From: Macrostomum lignano
Lineage: Eukaryota
Length of the DNA stretch: 64,000 nucleotides
NCBI GenBank assembly: GCA_002269645.1
Contig: NIVC01002600.1
Coordinates: 62,001-126,000, forward strand
Direction: 5' to 3'
Shown here: positions 63,060 through 64,000 of the stretch, one piece after another
Layout of the letters: each line of letters opens with the position of its first letter
Numbering within the stretch: the stretch's first letter is position 1
Notes under the pieces: model-generated
The model's database searches: none
Told to the model about the DNA's origin: nothing
What the model saw: only the letters and a program-made list of their open reading frames with translations
Made by a program: the position numbers and the translations under genes

Positions 63060-64000
63060 TTTCAGTGCCGATTTTCAATGGCGATTCTCAATGACGATTT
63101 TCAATGGCGATTCTCAATGACGATTTTCAATGGCGATTCTCAATGACGATTTTCAATGGCGATTCTCAATGACGATTTTCAATGGCGATTCTCAATGACG
63201 ATTTTCAATGGCGATTCTCAATGACGATTTTCAATGGCGATTCTCAATGACGATTTTCAATGGCGATTCTCAATGACGATTTTCAATGGCGATTCTCAAT
63301 GACGATTTTCAATGGCGATTCTCAATGACGATTTTCAATGGCGATTCTCAATGACGATTTTCAATGGCGATTCTCAATGACGATTTTCAATGGCGATTCT
63401 CAATGCCGATTTTCAATGGCGATTCTCAATGACCATTTTCAATGGCGATTCTCAATGGCGATTCTCAATGCCGATTTTCAATGGCGATTCTCAATGACGA
63501 TTTTCAATGGCGATTCTCAATGACGATTTTCAATGACGATTTTCAATGGCGATTCTTAATGACGATTTTCAATGGCGATTCTCAATGACGATTTTCAATG
63601 GCGATTTTCAATGACGATTTTCAATGGCGATTCTCAATGACGATTTTCAATGGCGATTCTCAATGACGATTTTCAATGGCGATTCTCAATGACGATTTTC
63701 AATGGCGATTCTCAATGACGATTTTCAATGGCGATTCTCAATGACGATTTTCAATGGCGATTCTACTGGCCGATTTTCAATGGCGATTCTACTGGCCGAT
63801 TTTCAATGGCGATTCTACTGGCCGATTTTCAATGGCGATTCTACTGGCCGATTTTCAATGGCGATTCTACTGGCCGATTTTCAATGGCGATTCTACTGGC
63901 CGATTTTCAATGGCGATTCTACTGGCCGATTTTCAATGGCGATTCTACTGGCCGATTTTCAATGGCGATTCTACTGGCCGATTTTCAATAGCGATTCTAC
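63060..64000. repeat. 26-bp (13+13 dimeric) minisatellite with a variant sub-array from ~63760
   Basis: CGATTTTCAATGG CGATTCTCAATGA switching to CGATTTTCAATGG CGATTCTACTGGC. Confidence 0.95.

Overview
Eukaryotic (metazoan) genomic DNA with GC-rich exons and introns packed with mini- and microsatellites. The style suggests a free-living flatworm such as Macrostomum (inference only). Genes reconstructed by hand with GT-AG junctions and consistent reading phase: (1) a complete 10-exon UBE2O E2/E3 hybrid ubiquitin ligase on the minus strand (24453-1878, ~1315 aa); (2) an intronless multi-copy neuropeptide precursor (16 FTPLRamide-type peptides, tachykinin/natalisin-like) nested antisense in the 9.3 kb UBE2O intron 7; (3) an intronless 395-aa ORF with a PB1/ubiquitin-like N-terminus and a SAMD3-like helical domain; (4) Notchless/NLE1 (4 exons, ~492 aa); (5) a short JIP1/APLIP1-like SH3-PTB scaffold; (6) an APPL BAR-PH-PTB adaptor (10 exons, ~656 aa); (7) the last three exons of a G-protein beta subunit. 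The 30.3-39.8 kb intergenic block is a CpG-depleted transposon graveyard. It holds a dead mariner and a young 297-bp MITE (14-bp TIR, 8-bp TSD) carrying a 64-nt piece of 28S rDNA in which exactly the R2/I-PpoI cleavage site is scrambled. Two tRNA-headed SINE families and about 25 tandem arrays are also present. No CRISPR and no intact rRNA or tRNA genes were seen.
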